Shown here in pieces: positions 9,980 to 19,743 of a DNA stretch of 64,000 nucleotides. The stretch spans positions 20,325 through 84,324 of the forward strand of contig CAYFUG010000001.1 in assembly GCA_964346295.1 (NCBI GenBank), given 5' to 3'. The notes beneath the pieces are model-generated. The model did not search any database and was not told the origin of the DNA. It worked only from the letters and a program-made list of their open reading frames with translations. This DNA comes from an uncultured Bdellovibrionales bacterium (GTDB taxonomy: Bacteria; Patescibacteriota; Minisyncoccia; Moranbacterales; DUUL01). The position numbers and the translations under genes were made by a program. Positions within the stretch are counted from its first letter, which is position 1, and every line of letters starts with the position of its first letter.

Positions 9980-11461
9980 ATGTCTTTAATTCGAGCCTCA
10001 CTATTCCTAACTCTAGCAGAGTTATTTTTTAATTTCAGCGGTTATATCACCCGCTCGGCTTTAACGCGCATTTTAGGCCCAGAAGATTATGGACGATATG
10101 GAATTATCATCACCTTCTCTACTTTAGTAGTGGTTTTAATTGGCCGAGGAATACCAATTGCCATGAGTAAACAACTAAGCGAGGTGATAACTAGTCGCCC
10201 TCAATTAGTGCTTCCAATTAAAGTCACTGCCGCTAAAATCCAAGTGGTCTTGATATTGGCCGCCAGCTTAATCTACTGGCTTTTGTCTCCGGTTTTTGCT
10301 TGGGCCCTTAACGATTCCTCACTCACCCCCCTCTTTAGACTTTCTACTCTCACTATTCCCACCTTTGCAGCTGCCAGCTTTTATATTTACTACTTCAACG
10401 GCCTCCAGCAATTTGGAAGATCCTCCCTTACTAAACTTTCCCGAGGAATTTTCAAAATCGGCTTGGTAGTTAGCCTAGGGATGCTATTTTCTATTAGTGG
10501 CGCTGTATGGGGTCACGCTCTCACTCCTTTGGCAGTATTTATTTTTGCCTGGTTAATTGACACCTCCAATTCAAAATTCCGGACTGCCAGCAACAAATCT
10601 TCGACTAAAACTGAATCTTCCCCTCAAGAAGTTGACTGGAAAAGTCTTTTGGGGTTTGCTTGGCCAGTGATTCTATTTATGATTTTTTACGAATTGATGA
10701 TCTCAATTGATCTTTACATGGTTAAGGCTATCTTGGGGAGTGACTCCCAAGCCGGATTCTACGATGTCGCTCTCACCATCAGCCGAATTCCCTATCACGG
10801 GTTCTACTTCCTGACAATTATCCTGCTCCCGAAAATTTCTCAAATTTTAAGCAACAAAAAAACCCAAGAAGCTCAAAGGATTGTCCAAAAAGCCTTTCGA
10901 TTTTTACTAATGATTCTGATCCCCGGAGTTGCCCTACTTTCAATTTTCGCTTCTTCTGCCATTACTCTCTTTTCTGGAAATGATTATTTGGAAGCGACGG
11001 GAGCTCTTCAAATTATTGCCTTTGGAATGGGATTCCTGACTATTTTCTATATCCTGGCCTTCGTACTAAAAGGAGCTGGGGAAAATCACATTTCAATGAG
11101 AATTGCTTTTATGGGAGGACTGGTGAACAGTCTCTTAAATTTTTTCTTAATTCAAAAGTGGGGCTTGCCCGGCGCGGCCATTGCCACCTCGCTAACCTCC
11201 TTCTTGGTGATGATCTTAGCTATCTACTTTACTAAAAGAAAAATAGGATCCTTTCTCCCTGGTGTAGATTTAGTGAAATATTTATTGGCTACAGGAGTGA
11301 TTTCTTTACTGGCTTTAAATCTCCCTCCGGGAAAATTTATTTTTTTAATTTGGTCAATCTTGCTAATGGGATTATATCTTACTCTACTTTGGATACTGCG
11401 GGCAATTAATCTGGAAGATGGACGGTATCTGAAGAATAACTTCCTAAAAAGAAAACCTTGA
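9980..11461 (+). CDS. MOP-superfamily polysaccharide/oligosaccharide flippase (Wzx/MurJ-like), about 14 TM
   Basis: 493 aa, about 14 hydrophobic helices, typical polysaccharide-biosynthesis-protein architecture. Confidence 0.75.
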   Translation: MSLIRASLFLTLAELFFNFSGYITRSALTRILGPEDYGRYGIIITFSTLVVVLIGRGIPIAMSKQLSEVITSRPQLVLPIKVTAAKIQVVLILAASLIYWLLSPVFAWALNDSSLTPLFRLSTLTIPTFAAASFYIYYFNGLQQFGRSSLTKLSRGIFKIGLVVSLGMLFSISGAVWGHALTPLAVFIFAWLIDTSNSKFRTASNKSSTKTESSPQEVDWKSLLGFAWPVILFMIFYELMISIDLYMVKAILGSDSQAGFYDVALTISRIPYHGFYFLTIILLPKISQILSNKKTQEAQRIVQKAFRFLLMILIPGVALLSIFASSAITLFSGNDYLEATGALQIIAFGMGFLTIFYILAFVLKGAGENHISMRIAFMGGLVNSLLNFFLIQKWGLPGAAIATSLTSFLVMILAIYFTKRKIGSFLPGVDLVKYLLATGVISLLALNLPPGKFIFLIWSILLMGLYLTLLWILRAINLEDGRYLKNNFLKRKP

Positions 11462-11534
11462 CTTGGAATTTTAAAAAAAAATTGCTATAGTAAATTTAAT
11501 AAACTCTTGTCTTTAAAAAGATAAACAAACATCA

Positions 11535-11735
11535 ATGAAAATTTCCGTCGATCATGAAAAATGCGTGGGATGTGGCCGCTGTACCGAGGTTTGTCCTGCT
11601 GTTTTCCGCCTAGAAGAATCAGGAGAAAATGCCGGAAAATCTCACATTTACGGAGAAGAAACCCCAGAAAATATTGACTGCGCTAAATCTGCTGCTGACC
11701 AGTGTCCGGTGGGAGCTATTTGGGTTGATGAGTAA
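11535..11735 (+). CDS. Small 4Fe-4S ferredoxin
   Basis: CVGCGRCTEVCP ... DQCPVGAI; terminator hairpin at 11786-11822. Confidence 0.8.
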   Translation: MKISVDHEKCVGCGRCTEVCPAVFRLEESGENAGKSHIYGEETPENIDCAKSAADQCPVGAIWVDE

Positions 11736-11906
11736 AAATCAGCTCTTGGTGCGCACACTCTCCTTTCTCTGTTCTCAAGAGAAAAAATACTCCACTAAAT
11801 TTTGTTTAGTGGAGTATTTTATTGATTCTCTTCTTGAAAAAATCAACTAGAACAGCCAATTTTCTTGCAAGAGCGCCAAAATTTTCACTTCGCATTGCTT
11901 CCTATT

Positions 11907-12017
11907 CTAAAAAGCCTGGAACATTGGCGCCAGAGTAAACCCTAGCATGCCAATCACCGCCAAGACAGAAATAATAATCCAGACTATTTTCATTTTCTTT
12001 CGCGTTCTTCTAAGCAT
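11907..12017 (-). CDS. Possible 36-aa single-TM peptide downstream of tpiA (not in ORF track)
   Basis: MLRRTRKKMKIVWIIISVLAVIGMLGFTLAPMFQAF; co-oriented after tpiA, upstream of the shared bidirectional terminator; no clear SD. Confidence 0.2.
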   Translation of the reverse strand: MLRRTRKKMKIVWIIISVLAVIGMLGFTLAPMFQAF

Positions 12018-12080
12018 ATATTTGATAAGATTAATCTTGATTTAGAAACTTCTTAAAAATTCGACTGACCAAACTACTGA

Positions 12081-12875
12081 CTAACTAGCCTCTTCCATCA
12101 TCTGCGCGATTTTAACCAGCTCCAAAGGCTTCAAGCTCGCACTTCCTACCAATGCCCCATCCATACCGGATCTGAGACAAATTTCTTCTACATTTTGAGA
12201 ATCCACGCTGCCTCCGTAAATAACCGCAGCTTGTTCTGCCAGTCGAGGACCATAAGTCTTAGAGAGAAATTTTTGAATCACTAGCCGAGCGCTCATAATA
12301 TCATTTTGATCTGGCAAACGAGCTGGTCCATTAGCGCTAATCGCCCAAATCGGCTCATAGCAAAAAATGATTCTTCGCACTCGGATAGCCTCTAGTTCCC
12401 CCAGGTATCCTTTTAGCTGATTACTGACCATCTCAAAAGTTTTTCCCTCCTCTTTTTCTTGAGCGCTTTCCCCCACACAAACAATCGGGATCAGACTTTC
12501 TTTGAGAGCAGCTTGTAATTTTTGAGCAATCATTTTAGCATCTTCTCCAAAATAACGCTTCCTCTCACTGTGACCCAGAATTACGTAGCGAGCGCCCCAG
12601 CTATATAAAGCTCGAGGGCTGGTTTCCCCAGTAAAAGCTCCTTTGCTTTCCCAGAAACAATTTTGCCCCCCCGTCTCCACTCGAGAATCTTGAAGAGACT
12701 TACTAAACTCCTCCAGGTGTAGATCGGGCGCGCAAAGTACAAACTTCACTTCAGACAATTTTTTTCCGTCTAACTCTAGGGATTTATTAAAACCCTCAAT
12801 CCAACGCTTCCTCTCGTAAGGAGAATTAAAATTCATTTTGAAATTTGCCGCAACAATCTTTTCTTTTTTAAACAT
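12081..12875 (-). CDS. tpiA: Triosephosphate isomerase
   Basis: VAANFKMN, ILGHSERR, CVGES, YEPIWAI, AVIYGGSV. Confidence 0.95.
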   Translation of the reverse strand: MFKKEKIVAANFKMNFNSPYERKRWIEGFNKSLELDGKKLSEVKFVLCAPDLHLEEFSKSLQDSRVETGGQNCFWESKGAFTGETSPRALYSWGARYVILGHSERKRYFGEDAKMIAQKLQAALKESLIPIVCVGESAQEKEEGKTFEMVSNQLKGYLGELEAIRVRRIIFCYEPIWAISANGPARLPDQNDIMSARLVIQKFLSKTYGPRLAEQAAVIYGGSVDSQNVEEICLRSGMDGALVGSASLKPLELVKIAQMMEEAS

Positions 12876-12895
12876 TTATTTATTCAATTCACAGA

Positions 12896-14932
12896 TTAAT
12901 TACAGCCACAACCGTTAGCTCCTCCAATGGAAACATGCACATGATTACCCTCTCCCCAAACATAGGCCTTCGAATTACATTGAATTGCTGCATAATTAAT
13001 TATATCTCCATATTGCTCCTCAGCCATATCCACCGCATAGGATTTTCCTACGCATTTAGTTCCTCCGTAATGGCAAGACCCCTTCTTGTGAGCACAGCCG
13101 CTAGAATAGTTACTAACAATGCATTTATTCATCCCGTAATTATCAGAGATTGAGCTAATCACCTTGGCCTGCTTGGGTAGTTTGTCGCTCATACACACGA
13201 TAAAGGAAATCAGCTCTTCAGCGGCATCTCCCTTAGTGATCTGGGCTCTAATCCCAGATTGATATTCATAGCTATCGATTCCCTTGCTAGTGTCTGGAGT
13301 CGGCCAATCTGATTGATATTCGCTTGGAGGAGCCGGAAAATGACCCATGTATTTACCACCATTCCAACTTCCCGCGTTGCCATCACCAGTTGTCCCCGGA
13401 GGAATGTTATTAGTGATTCCTCCTTCGTAGCCATCAAAAACGCTATTGGCATCACAGGTGAACTGAAACCAGCCTTCTCCTTTTTTAAAAGATCCGATTT
13501 TGTCTTGATCCACCGAGATAAAAACCAAGAGAGTGTAGACTATCAGCCAACTCAACATAGAAATTCCAAAACCCGTCAAAGTTTTGGTTAAAATCCCCTT
13601 TGCCGTTGATTTAAGACCAGGGTTTACTCCGGAAAACATATACATCAAACCCGCGACCGTAACAAAAACAATAGAGACGATGATCAAGAGCGCAAAAGCT
13701 AGGTCAAAGAGGTTTTTAAGTAGGATAAGGAGATGACAGAGAGTGCAAGAAGCAGCTTCATTGTAAGGAGTTCTGCCGTCATCACACTCTCTTCCGCAAG
13801 GAACTAGCGATTTATTAAAAGTAAAGGGACTGCCGGAGATTCCTTCGCTAGGCTGAGTACCTTGGCAATACCCCCCGCTTCCACCGTATTGCTCGCTTAA
13901 TCGCTCTTGAAATTCCCGCGCAGCTTGTTCGGCTTCAGCCGCCGCCCTCTCAGCTTCTTCATCAGACGCCTCTTGTGCCCTCCAAAACTTCTCGGAGACA
14001 AGCTTCTCAACAAATTTCTCCTGACTCAAATTCTCTTTTTTGTATATTTCAGAAACCGAAAGCTCATACTCTCTACCCAACTCGTAAGTAGAGTAGAGAT
14101 CATAGTAATTTCGATCAGTAGAAAATCTGGAAAATAAATCATTTTCGTCGTAACAATGCAAGCAGTCTCTCTTTTCCCAGCTTCCATACCCCTTCTCAAT
14201 TCCACTGCCTCTGGGGTTATAAGCATGAGGGAATTTCTTAGTTAATTTAACTTTAACTTTGCCATCAGAAGCATCTTCTGTTGCTTCTCCAATAAAATAA
14301 TTGACTAGGTAGTGCTTACCTCTCTCTATTTCATACTCTTTGAAGGGGAAATAAAACTTTTCACCCCTGCTTATTTCACTAGCAACCTCCGGACCGCTTT
14401 CTAGTTCAACTTGAATACCTGTGTTTCCCTGAAGATAATGGTTGACTACTGCTTGAATTATATGCACTTCTCCTGAAACCAAAGAGCTCTTCTGAGCTCG
14501 GTGCTCCTCTCCTTCTTCATATTCACCAGAAGAAAACCAACTTCCCTCAAAATCCTCTTCTCCATAACAGTACCTTCTGACATTAATCGCACAATTCCAG
14601 GTACTATCGTCAACTCCTTGATTGTTGGCCTCTGGAGAATAAGAAAAAATATATCGCTTGGTTGGCTCAATTAAGACATAGTCAGCACCATTAGACTGCA
14701 CTATCGCTCTATGCAAATAGACTTTAGTCCTCACGCAACCTTTTTCTCCAGCAACCCCACAAATTCTTACTCCTTCTTCTTTTTTCTCAAAAAACCAAAC
14801 TTCATCTCCAACAGTCAATTTATCAGCCGCCTGAGAAAAACTAAACAAACTAGACCAGAAAGCTACTAAGAAAAATATTCCTAACGACCAACGATTTATT
14901 TTAGCTAATTTCATTTTTGTTTTCATTTTCAT
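12896..14932 (-). CDS. Large secreted Cys-rich protein: signal peptide, central TrbC/VirB2-like (T4SS-pilin-like) segment, C-terminal zinc-peptidase-M15-like (cell-wall hydrolase) module
   Basis: N-terminal signal peptide; CTLCHLLILLKNLFDLAFALLIIVSIVFVTVAGLMYMFSGVNPGLKSTAKG; C-terminus SCHYGGTKCVGKSYAVDM ... GEGNHVHVS resembles SxHxxGxAxD / ExxH motifs of the M15 family. Confidence 0.5.
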   Translation of the reverse strand: MKMKTKMKLAKINRWSLGIFFLVAFWSSLFSFSQAADKLTVGDEVWFFEKKEEGVRICGVAGEKGCVRTKVYLHRAIVQSNGADYVLIEPTKRYIFSYSPEANNQGVDDSTWNCAINVRRYCYGEEDFEGSWFSSGEYEEGEEHRAQKSSLVSGEVHIIQAVVNHYLQGNTGIQVELESGPEVASEISRGEKFYFPFKEYEIERGKHYLVNYFIGEATEDASDGKVKVKLTKKFPHAYNPRGSGIEKGYGSWEKRDCLHCYDENDLFSRFSTDRNYYDLYSTYELGREYELSVSEIYKKENLSQEKFVEKLVSEKFWRAQEASDEEAERAAAEAEQAAREFQERLSEQYGGSGGYCQGTQPSEGISGSPFTFNKSLVPCGRECDDGRTPYNEAASCTLCHLLILLKNLFDLAFALLIIVSIVFVTVAGLMYMFSGVNPGLKSTAKGILTKTLTGFGISMLSWLIVYTLLVFISVDQDKIGSFKKGEGWFQFTCDANSVFDGYEGGITNNIPPGTTGDGNAGSWNGGKYMGHFPAPPSEYQSDWPTPDTSKGIDSYEYQSGIRAQITKGDAAEELISFIVCMSDKLPKQAKVISSISDNYGMNKCIVSNYSSGCAHKKGSCHYGGTKCVGKSYAVDMAEEQYGDIINYAAIQCNSKAYVWGEGNHVHVSIGGANGCGCN

Positions 14933-14958
14933 TTTATATAAGAACGGAAATTAAAAAG

Positions 14959-15825
14959 CTAATTCTCGACTCGGCATTCCACCTCCACCTCCGGACAATG
15001 AAAAATTATCCTTCCCTGCTGATCGGTACGAAAAAGTTCTACTTCCTTTTCCTTTAGGCGTTCCAAAACCTCCTCATGAGGATGGCCGTAACGGTTATCT
15101 TTACCAGCGCTAATAATTGCTATCTTAGGAGTAACTTTAGTCAAAAAAATTTCACTAGTAGAACTCTTGGATCCATGGTGGCCTACCTTCAGAAAATCCA
15201 CATCCACACTGGATTGATCTAGAATTAAATCTTTTTCAGCGTCTTTTTCGGCGTCACCAACAAAAAGAAAGGAGTTTTGGCCGTAATCAAGCCGGAAGAC
15301 TACCGAATTCTCATTGCGATCATCTTCAGTAGTGACCAAATAATCCGGTGCAAAAAATTCCATTCTCAGATCCTCTTCAATGCTCAAAACCGACCCCTCT
15401 CCCACCACCTCTTGTGATACGGAAAACTTCTCCAACTCCGCTTGTAATTGTTGATAAATCTCAGTTTCCGATCCTTGGCCACTACTCATAAACAACTTCA
15501 CTTGATAATTACCCAAGAGTTGCACCAATCCCCCTAGATGATCCTCGTCCGGATGAGTTAAAATCACTACTTCAATCTGTTTATCACCCGGCGGCATAAC
15601 CTCCCCCAATTCGGAAAGAAGTCTTCTTCCGTTAGGGCCACCATCGACAAGAATTTGATACTCTCCTTGGTAGTTAATTAAAGTAGCGTCTCCTTGACCC
15701 ACATCCAAAAAGCTAACTCGCAAACTAGCTTCCTCCCTTTGTTCCGCTGAAACTCGCCAATCTAAAGCCAGCACTGCCACTAATACAATATCCAGAACTA
15801 ATAAAAACCTTCGGTACCTATTCAT
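14959..15825 (-). CDS. Metallo-beta-lactamase-fold hydrolase, ComEC C-terminal-domain-like, with N-terminal anchor
   Basis: DVGQGDA, ILTHPDEDHLGG, VGHHGS motifs. Confidence 0.7.
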   Translation of the reverse strand: MNRYRRFLLVLDIVLVAVLALDWRVSAEQREEASLRVSFLDVGQGDATLINYQGEYQILVDGGPNGRRLLSELGEVMPPGDKQIEVVILTHPDEDHLGGLVQLLGNYQVKLFMSSGQGSETEIYQQLQAELEKFSVSQEVVGEGSVLSIEEDLRMEFFAPDYLVTTEDDRNENSVVFRLDYGQNSFLFVGDAEKDAEKDLILDQSSVDVDFLKVGHHGSKSSTSEIFLTKVTPKIAIISAGKDNRYGHPHEEVLERLKEKEVELFRTDQQGRIIFHCPEVEVECRVEN

Positions 15826-15975
15826 TTTAATTCCTCACTAGCGCATTAACTTAACCGCTCCTTCTATTATTCGCCTACTAATTAGGCAAATAGCAAGACA
15901 AAAAAATCCTAGAACTTCCCTAACTCTAACATGAAAATCCTAGTAAATAAATCGTAGTGCCCCTCTCTTCTTGCT

Positions 15976-17094
15976 TTACTTAATTTTAATATCTCGTAAA
16001 ATTTCTTCCCCCTCTTTGCCAAGCCGAATTCCCTGAACTCGAATACTCTCTTCCTCCACTTGAAAAACAGTATAAATATTACCCTTAAGAGCTCGATCAT
16101 ACTTACGAGAGTTGCCTACATTGCCACTTAAGACAAAATCCACTCCTGAGACAATTTTGTGGTCAAAAGCGTTTTCATGTCCAGAGATCACCAAATCGAC
16201 CTGATTCACCTGAAATATCTCCACTAATTGAGAAGAAAGATTACCCAAGCAACTCAAATCATGGCACTCTTTAGCTGATTTCTTGAAAAAAGTCACTGGA
16301 GGAATATGACTAACAACAATTTTGTTAGCCTTACGAGTATCAGACAAATCCTTCTCTAGCCATTCCAGTTGTTCTTTGTCAACAGCTTCCTTGGCAGGAC
16401 CCCCGGTAAACAAAACAGTAAAGTGCGTATTGCCATAGTCAAAGGAGTAATAAAGAGGACTTTCCTTGCTTAAAAAAACCTCTCCCCAGCTTTCAAGACA
16501 ATCCTCCCCGCACTCAATATCGTGGTTGCCAACCGCTATGTAATAATCCTGGTAGTATTTTTCAATTATCTCCTTCGCCCCTTCGATTCTAGCTTGATTC
16601 TCTTCTAAAGTAGCGGCTCCCGTGGTAATAACATCTCCTGTAAATAAGGCAAACTCCGGCTTACGGTGACTAGTCGCTTGCAAGACAACTTCTAGCTCTT
16701 CATTGTAGCCGGGCGGATCATAGGCCTCAGAATCTCCGATTCCCACGAAAGTGAACCTGGATATTTTTTCTTCTGGGCGCTTGGTTTCTAGTAAGGATTT
16801 TATCGGCAAACTTCTTTCGGAGGCCAGAATCTTAACATCTTCCGCTTCTAAAAAACGATTACCTTCCTTAATATTAGCGCTCTTTTTATCAGAACTGCCC
16901 TTCTTAGAGTTAGAGTCTGCTATAACTGGACGGTTAAATTGACCGGCTAGGTCACTCCAGAGATTGCTTAAGCCCAGCGCTCGAGGAGAATTTTTCTTTT
17001 CTAGCCAAGCATAAGAAACTAGCAAGCCAAAGATTGCTAGCAAAAAAATCACAAAAAAAATCAGATTTACTTTTTTTATTATTTTTAAAGACAT
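15976..17094 (-). CDS. Calcineurin-like metallophosphoesterase, membrane-anchored
   Basis: GDSEAY / FTGDVI, VGNHDIE, VISGHEN motifs; N-terminal TM. Confidence 0.75.
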   Translation of the reverse strand: MSLKIIKKVNLIFFVIFLLAIFGLLVSYAWLEKKNSPRALGLSNLWSDLAGQFNRPVIADSNSKKGSSDKKSANIKEGNRFLEAEDVKILASERSLPIKSLLETKRPEEKISRFTFVGIGDSEAYDPPGYNEELEVVLQATSHRKPEFALFTGDVITTGAATLEENQARIEGAKEIIEKYYQDYYIAVGNHDIECGEDCLESWGEVFLSKESPLYYSFDYGNTHFTVLFTGGPAKEAVDKEQLEWLEKDLSDTRKANKIVVSHIPPVTFFKKSAKECHDLSCLGNLSSQLVEIFQVNQVDLVISGHENAFDHKIVSGVDFVLSGNVGNSRKYDRALKGNIYTVFQVEEESIRVQGIRLGKEGEEILRDIKIK

Positions 17095-17250
17095 TTTTTC
17101 CCTATCCCCTCAAAAAATGGTCGTTACTTTACTAATAAGTTCATAAAATTATTCACAAAAACCACGAATCAATTAAGTAGTCGTTTAATTACTAAAATAA
17201 CTCCGCTAAACTCCTGACTTTAATCTCCTTTTGGCATCCCCTTGGCATCC

Positions 17251-17586
17251 TTATTTAAAACCGTTTCTTCCTAATCGATCACCTAAAAATAATCCCACTA
17301 AAAAAACTACTACTATCTCTAAATTATTCAAAATAGCTTCTACAAACTTATCCTGAGCAGTTCCATCTTTAGAAATTACAACCACCAAAACCACGCAAAT
17401 AGCCGCTAATACGACCAGAGAAAAAATTAGCAGTGCATACTTAAAAACCAATTTGATTATTAGGTTATGACGGTTTTCGTTTTGCTCCAAATCGGCCTCG
17501 GAAAAAATTCTTTCTAATTGGTCTTCGGGATTGGCCAGGGGCCGAAACTGCTTACGCTTTTTTTTGTTATCAGGCGAATTCGACAT
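17251..17586 (-). CDS. Small membrane protein (111 aa, 2 TM) translationally coupled to the ImmA/IrrE peptidase gene
   Basis: 17-nt overlap with upstream gene; two hydrophobic helices. Confidence 0.5.
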   Translation of the reverse strand: MSNSPDNKKKRKQFRPLANPEDQLERIFSEADLEQNENRHNLIIKLVFKYALLIFSLVVLAAICVVLVVVISKDGTAQDKFVEAILNNLEIVVVFLVGLFLGDRLGRNGFK

Positions 17587-18118
17587 AAGGAACAGTGTAA
17601 TTGAGATTTCTTAAACGCAAAACCACCATTAAAAGAGAAACCCGAAACTCCGCGGCAATCTCTCTGAGGACCTCCTCTTCTAATACAACATCCTTTCGAT
17701 GTCCTTCTTTTCCCAAAAAATCCTCCACCACCTCTCCTGGCATCAATAACTCCGCCGCCAATTCATCTGCCTCTTTTTCTAACTTTCCCGGATTCTCTCG
17801 TTTACTTTTTCTAGCAATTCCATCTTTATTAGCCTCAATTAAATCTCGATGCAATATATAATGAGCTAATTCGTGAGCAACAGAAAAGCGCTGCCGAGTG
17901 ACAGGATGAAAGGGGTTAACATAAATTTCGTATCGCTCTTTTTCTTTGTTAAATAGTATTTTGGCGTTGAAGTCACTAGAAAAGCTTTTCAAAAGAGATA
18001 CAATACTCTTCTTGTAGTAAACATCAATCCCTAAATTTTGAGCAAATTTAATAATGTCCAGGCCTCCCCGTTCTTTAAATTCTCGCAGCACCTTTTGGAT
18101 AATCTTTTTTTTATTCAT
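17570..18118 (-). CDS. ImmA/IrrE-family (DUF955) zinc metallopeptidase
   Basis: FSVAHELAHYILH HExxH motif in ImmA-like context. Confidence 0.7.
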   Translation of the reverse strand: MNKKKIIQKVLREFKERGGLDIIKFAQNLGIDVYYKKSIVSLLKSFSSDFNAKILFNKEKERYEIYVNPFHPVTRQRFSVAHELAHYILHRDLIEANKDGIARKSKRENPGKLEKEADELAAELLMPGEVVEDFLGKEGHRKDVVLEEEVLREIAAEFRVSLLMVVLRLRNLNYTVPYVEFA

Positions 18119-18125
18119 TTCATTG

Positions 18126-18166
18126 CCTTATATTTTAGCCTTATATTTTGCCTTATATTTTGCCTT
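18126..18166. repeat. Tandem repeat of 3.3 copies of ccttatatttt(a/g) directly 5' of the ImmA-like gene start
   Basis: ccttatattttag ccttatattttg ccttatattttg cctt. Confidence 0.8.
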
Positions 18167-18445
18167 CTGCTTTTAGAAATTAGCTTTCCTTACGGTTCTA
18201 TTTTATTACACTTTCTACTTAAAATCAAATCGGTTCCGAGTATCCTTAATGACTAATCTCCACGAAAAATACCAATAAAACAAACAAGGCAAGTCAAATG
18301 AAGTGATGAAAGCTTAATGTAAGACAACCTAACTCTTGCTGTTGACCTTATTCTTAATTTTAAATCAAAAGACCCTTGAAGCTGAAGCGGTTTCCCTAAA
18401 GATAATTTTCTTTCTACTATTTCTTTTTTAAAGATACTAACAAGG

Positions 18446-18904
18446 CTACTTTTCCTTAATAATCACTTGAATTTCACTAGAGGCAATCTTGCCGAAATTA
18501 ACCTTGACTACCCACTCTCCGGTTTCCTTAAAGGGCCTCTCTATTGCCACTCCTATCTCTCCTTTCAATTCCTCTCCAAATTGATCTTTAAGTTGTTGCC
18601 TAATTTTCTGAGAAATTTGCCCTTTATCCACTGACCCGAACAATTTTCCATCCTTGGCTTTTTCTTCAAAGATAATTTTTTGATCTTTAATTTTATCAAC
18701 TAATTTTTGAACTTTCTCTTTCTGCTGCTTTTTAGCTTGCTCTTCTTCTTTCTGAGAAATTTTGGCCATTTGAATATTCTTTCTGGTAGCTGGCGCCACT
18801 AAATTCCTAGGAATTAAAAAGTTTCGAGCATGGCCATTCGCTACCCTTTTTACCTCCCCCTTCTTCCCAATTCCTTTAACATCTTGATTGAGTACTACTT
18901 GCAT
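18446..18904 (-). CDS. rplI: 50S ribosomal protein L9
   Basis: MQVVLNQDVKGIGKKGEVKRVANGHARNFLIPRNLV. Confidence 0.9.
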   Translation of the reverse strand: MQVVLNQDVKGIGKKGEVKRVANGHARNFLIPRNLVAPATRKNIQMAKISQKEEEQAKKQQKEKVQKLVDKIKDQKIIFEEKAKDGKLFGSVDKGQISQKIRQQLKDQFGEELKGEIGVAIERPFKETGEWVVKVNFGKIASSEIQVIIKEK

Positions 18905-18983
18905 AAATTTAAATTAATAATTATTAAATTCAACCATTTGCCTCCTAGCATACAAAATTTCACCTAAAACCGCAAGATAAAGA

Positions 18984-19019
18984 AATAAAAAAGCAGCTCT
19001 CTCGAAAGAAAGCTGCTTT
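18984..19019 (-). terminator. Intrinsic terminator downstream of pilin gene
   Basis: aagcagctctctcgaaagaaagctgctt hairpin followed by U-run on minus strand. Confidence 0.6.
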
Positions 19020-19054
19020 AAGTGATTGATCGATTTTCTAAGGACTTTACTGAT

Positions 19055-19519
19055 TTACTGCAAGCACGCCGCGGGATTGCTAGCTCCATTGCAAATTGCA
19101 CAAGAGCCCGCTTTATTACCGTGGTATTGGCAAGCAACTCGGGTTTGATAACCATTTAACTCTCCTCCATACAACCAAACATGTCCTTTGTAAGCGGCGC
19201 CGGAGTGATTAACGCTATAGATCCTTAGATTAGTATACCCATCTGGTATGCTAATGGTAGCTGGTAGAGTCGGGCAAATTCTTTGGCCGTTGGTAATATC
19301 CCTATAACTACTTCCAGCATAGGCATTCTCACTAAGATGACAATCCATAATAGGACCCATAGCACTTTTTACAGTTTGTAGGGCACTAGTTACTCGAGCT
19401 CTTTCTCTTTGGTTACCAATTCCTACAATTACAGCTGCGGCTAGGATTCCAATGATAGCCATTACTAAGAGTAGTTCGATCAGGGTAAAACCTTTTTGGT
19501 TTTTTTTGAGATGTTTCAT
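19055..19519 (-). CDS. Type IV pilin (prepilin with class III signal peptide)
   Basis: KGFTLIELLLVMAIIGILAA N-terminal motif. Confidence 0.85.
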   Translation of the reverse strand: MKHLKKNQKGFTLIELLLVMAIIGILAAAVIVGIGNQRERARVTSALQTVKSAMGPIMDCHLSENAYAGSSYRDITNGQRICPTLPATISIPDGYTNLRIYSVNHSGAAYKGHVWLYGGELNGYQTRVACQYHGNKAGSCAICNGASNPAACLQ

Positions 19520-19743
19520 TTTTTACTTTTTTATCTTCTTGCGCTTTGGTCTGGGTGGTTATTATTTAAGACCACTCCGGAAGAAGAGTTGTTTAGTTTT
19601 AGTTGGATAAATTAAATGGTAGGTTAATTTTAGCAAAAATTTTACTAGCAGGCAAGAGCTAAGAAAAAATCGGCCTTAAAAACAAAAACTATCCGCATAG
19701 ATTTTAAGCCCTGGACCTCCAATTTAACTAAAATAACCCTATT

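Noticed and set aside
11629-11850. 73-aa plus ORF overlapping the ferredoxin 3' end and terminator
   Set aside because: It runs through the ferredoxin terminator hairpin in another frame and has no start context.
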